From the NCBI RefSeq assembly GCF_009834535.1, contig NC_045697.1, positions 70,682,001 to 70,746,000 of the forward strand: a stretch of 64,000 bases of DNA. The letters run 5' to 3'. This document shows, piece after piece, positions 63,336 through 64,000 of this stretch (positions are counted from its first letter, which is position 1; the number at the start of each line of letters is the position of its first letter). Below the pieces are notes generated by a model that was given only the letters and a program-made list of their open reading frames with translations, did no database searches and was not told the origin of the DNA. The stretch comes from Camelus ferus. Its lineage: Eukaryota. Position numbers and translations under genes: made by a program.

Positions 63336-64000
63336 AGCAAGCCTTTCCTTGAAGGGTGATCTGGGTATCTGCACTTCCACATCAGCCATATGCATTGCCT
63401 CTGTATACATGTACACACAGAAATCCATACATAAATATGTATACACTACATGCCCAGTCCATCTCTCTTCTAACACCTCCAATTCAAGGTAATCAGACTT
63501 AAAAGGTGACCCCACTTCCACGTCCATAAGCTAGGGCTGACAGCTTAAGTTTTCTTTGACATATCATTCCTTTGCTTCTCCACCCAGCCAATGCATATGT
63601 CTAATAGTGTCTTACTTTGGACTTCTTTTTTTTTTTTTTTTTGCCCCCATTCCTATTCATGTTAGTGATTGTCAGTGAAATTCAAGCTCCACTGTGTCTC
63701 ACATAAGGCTGAAGTCTTCTGTTCTCCTAACCTTTAAATTTCGTCTCCTACATACTACCACCAACACACTTTCCTAGAGCTAAGTTCTGATCATGGTGTT
63801 GCCCTCATAAAAATGTGGGCAGATCTCCTTTAACTATCTATTAAATTTTGAAATTTTCTTAGTTTTTCATTCCAGTTCCTTTAGGATTCTGCCTTTAACT
63901 TATCATGTAAGAAAAACGAGTTGATTAGTGATTTCAATGTGGGATGCATTCTATTCCCTACCTCTCTGCCTTTTCTTTAGCTATGCTAGTTAGAAAGCTT

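Noticed and set aside
1..64000. CRISPR arrays, operons, tRNA/rRNA/snRNA genes, processed pseudogenes or endogenous non-retroviral viral elements
   Set aside because: The sequence is mammalian. No regularly spaced repeats, structured RNA genes or long degraded coding tracts other than LINE and hAT remnants were recognised by eye. A sensitive profile search could still find highly degraded ones.

Overview
Mammalian (eutherian) AT-rich genomic DNA, not prokaryotic. The young LINE-1 3' ends resemble camelid-type elements as I recall them, and I saw no Alu, B1/B2, Bov-tA, PRE-1 or CAN SINE, so the lineage call is tentative. The only protein-coding sequence I can support is the first coding exon of EMCN (endomucin) on the minus strand (CDS 8953-9022, signal peptide MKRLQVTILCLLLSSLCNSEDKT-G, phase-1 GT donor). 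Its 5'UTR and promoter lie at about 9023-9300, bases 1-8952 are intron 1, and the rest is about 55 kb of upstream, repeat-rich intergenic DNA (L1, L2, L3/CR1, MIR, MaLR/ERVL LTRs, hAT DNA transposons). Nearly all other ORF-track entries are noise or L1 fragments. Four observations stand out. (1) A 244-bp ungapped direct duplication of about 95% identity, not recognisable as a known repeat and rich in ETS/SOX motifs, has its copies 12,780 bp apart on either side of the EMCN promoter and exon 1, with mismatches concentrated at one end. (2) A 42-codon uORF has its stop overlapping the EMCN start (ATGA). (3) A second direct duplication of about 180 bp lies at 55.7-56.9 kb. (4) A nested transposon stack contains a complete MaLR provirus with dissimilar LTRs. 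All repeat family names are from memory of consensus sequences, not a database search. I found no solid evidence of a new multi-gene system.
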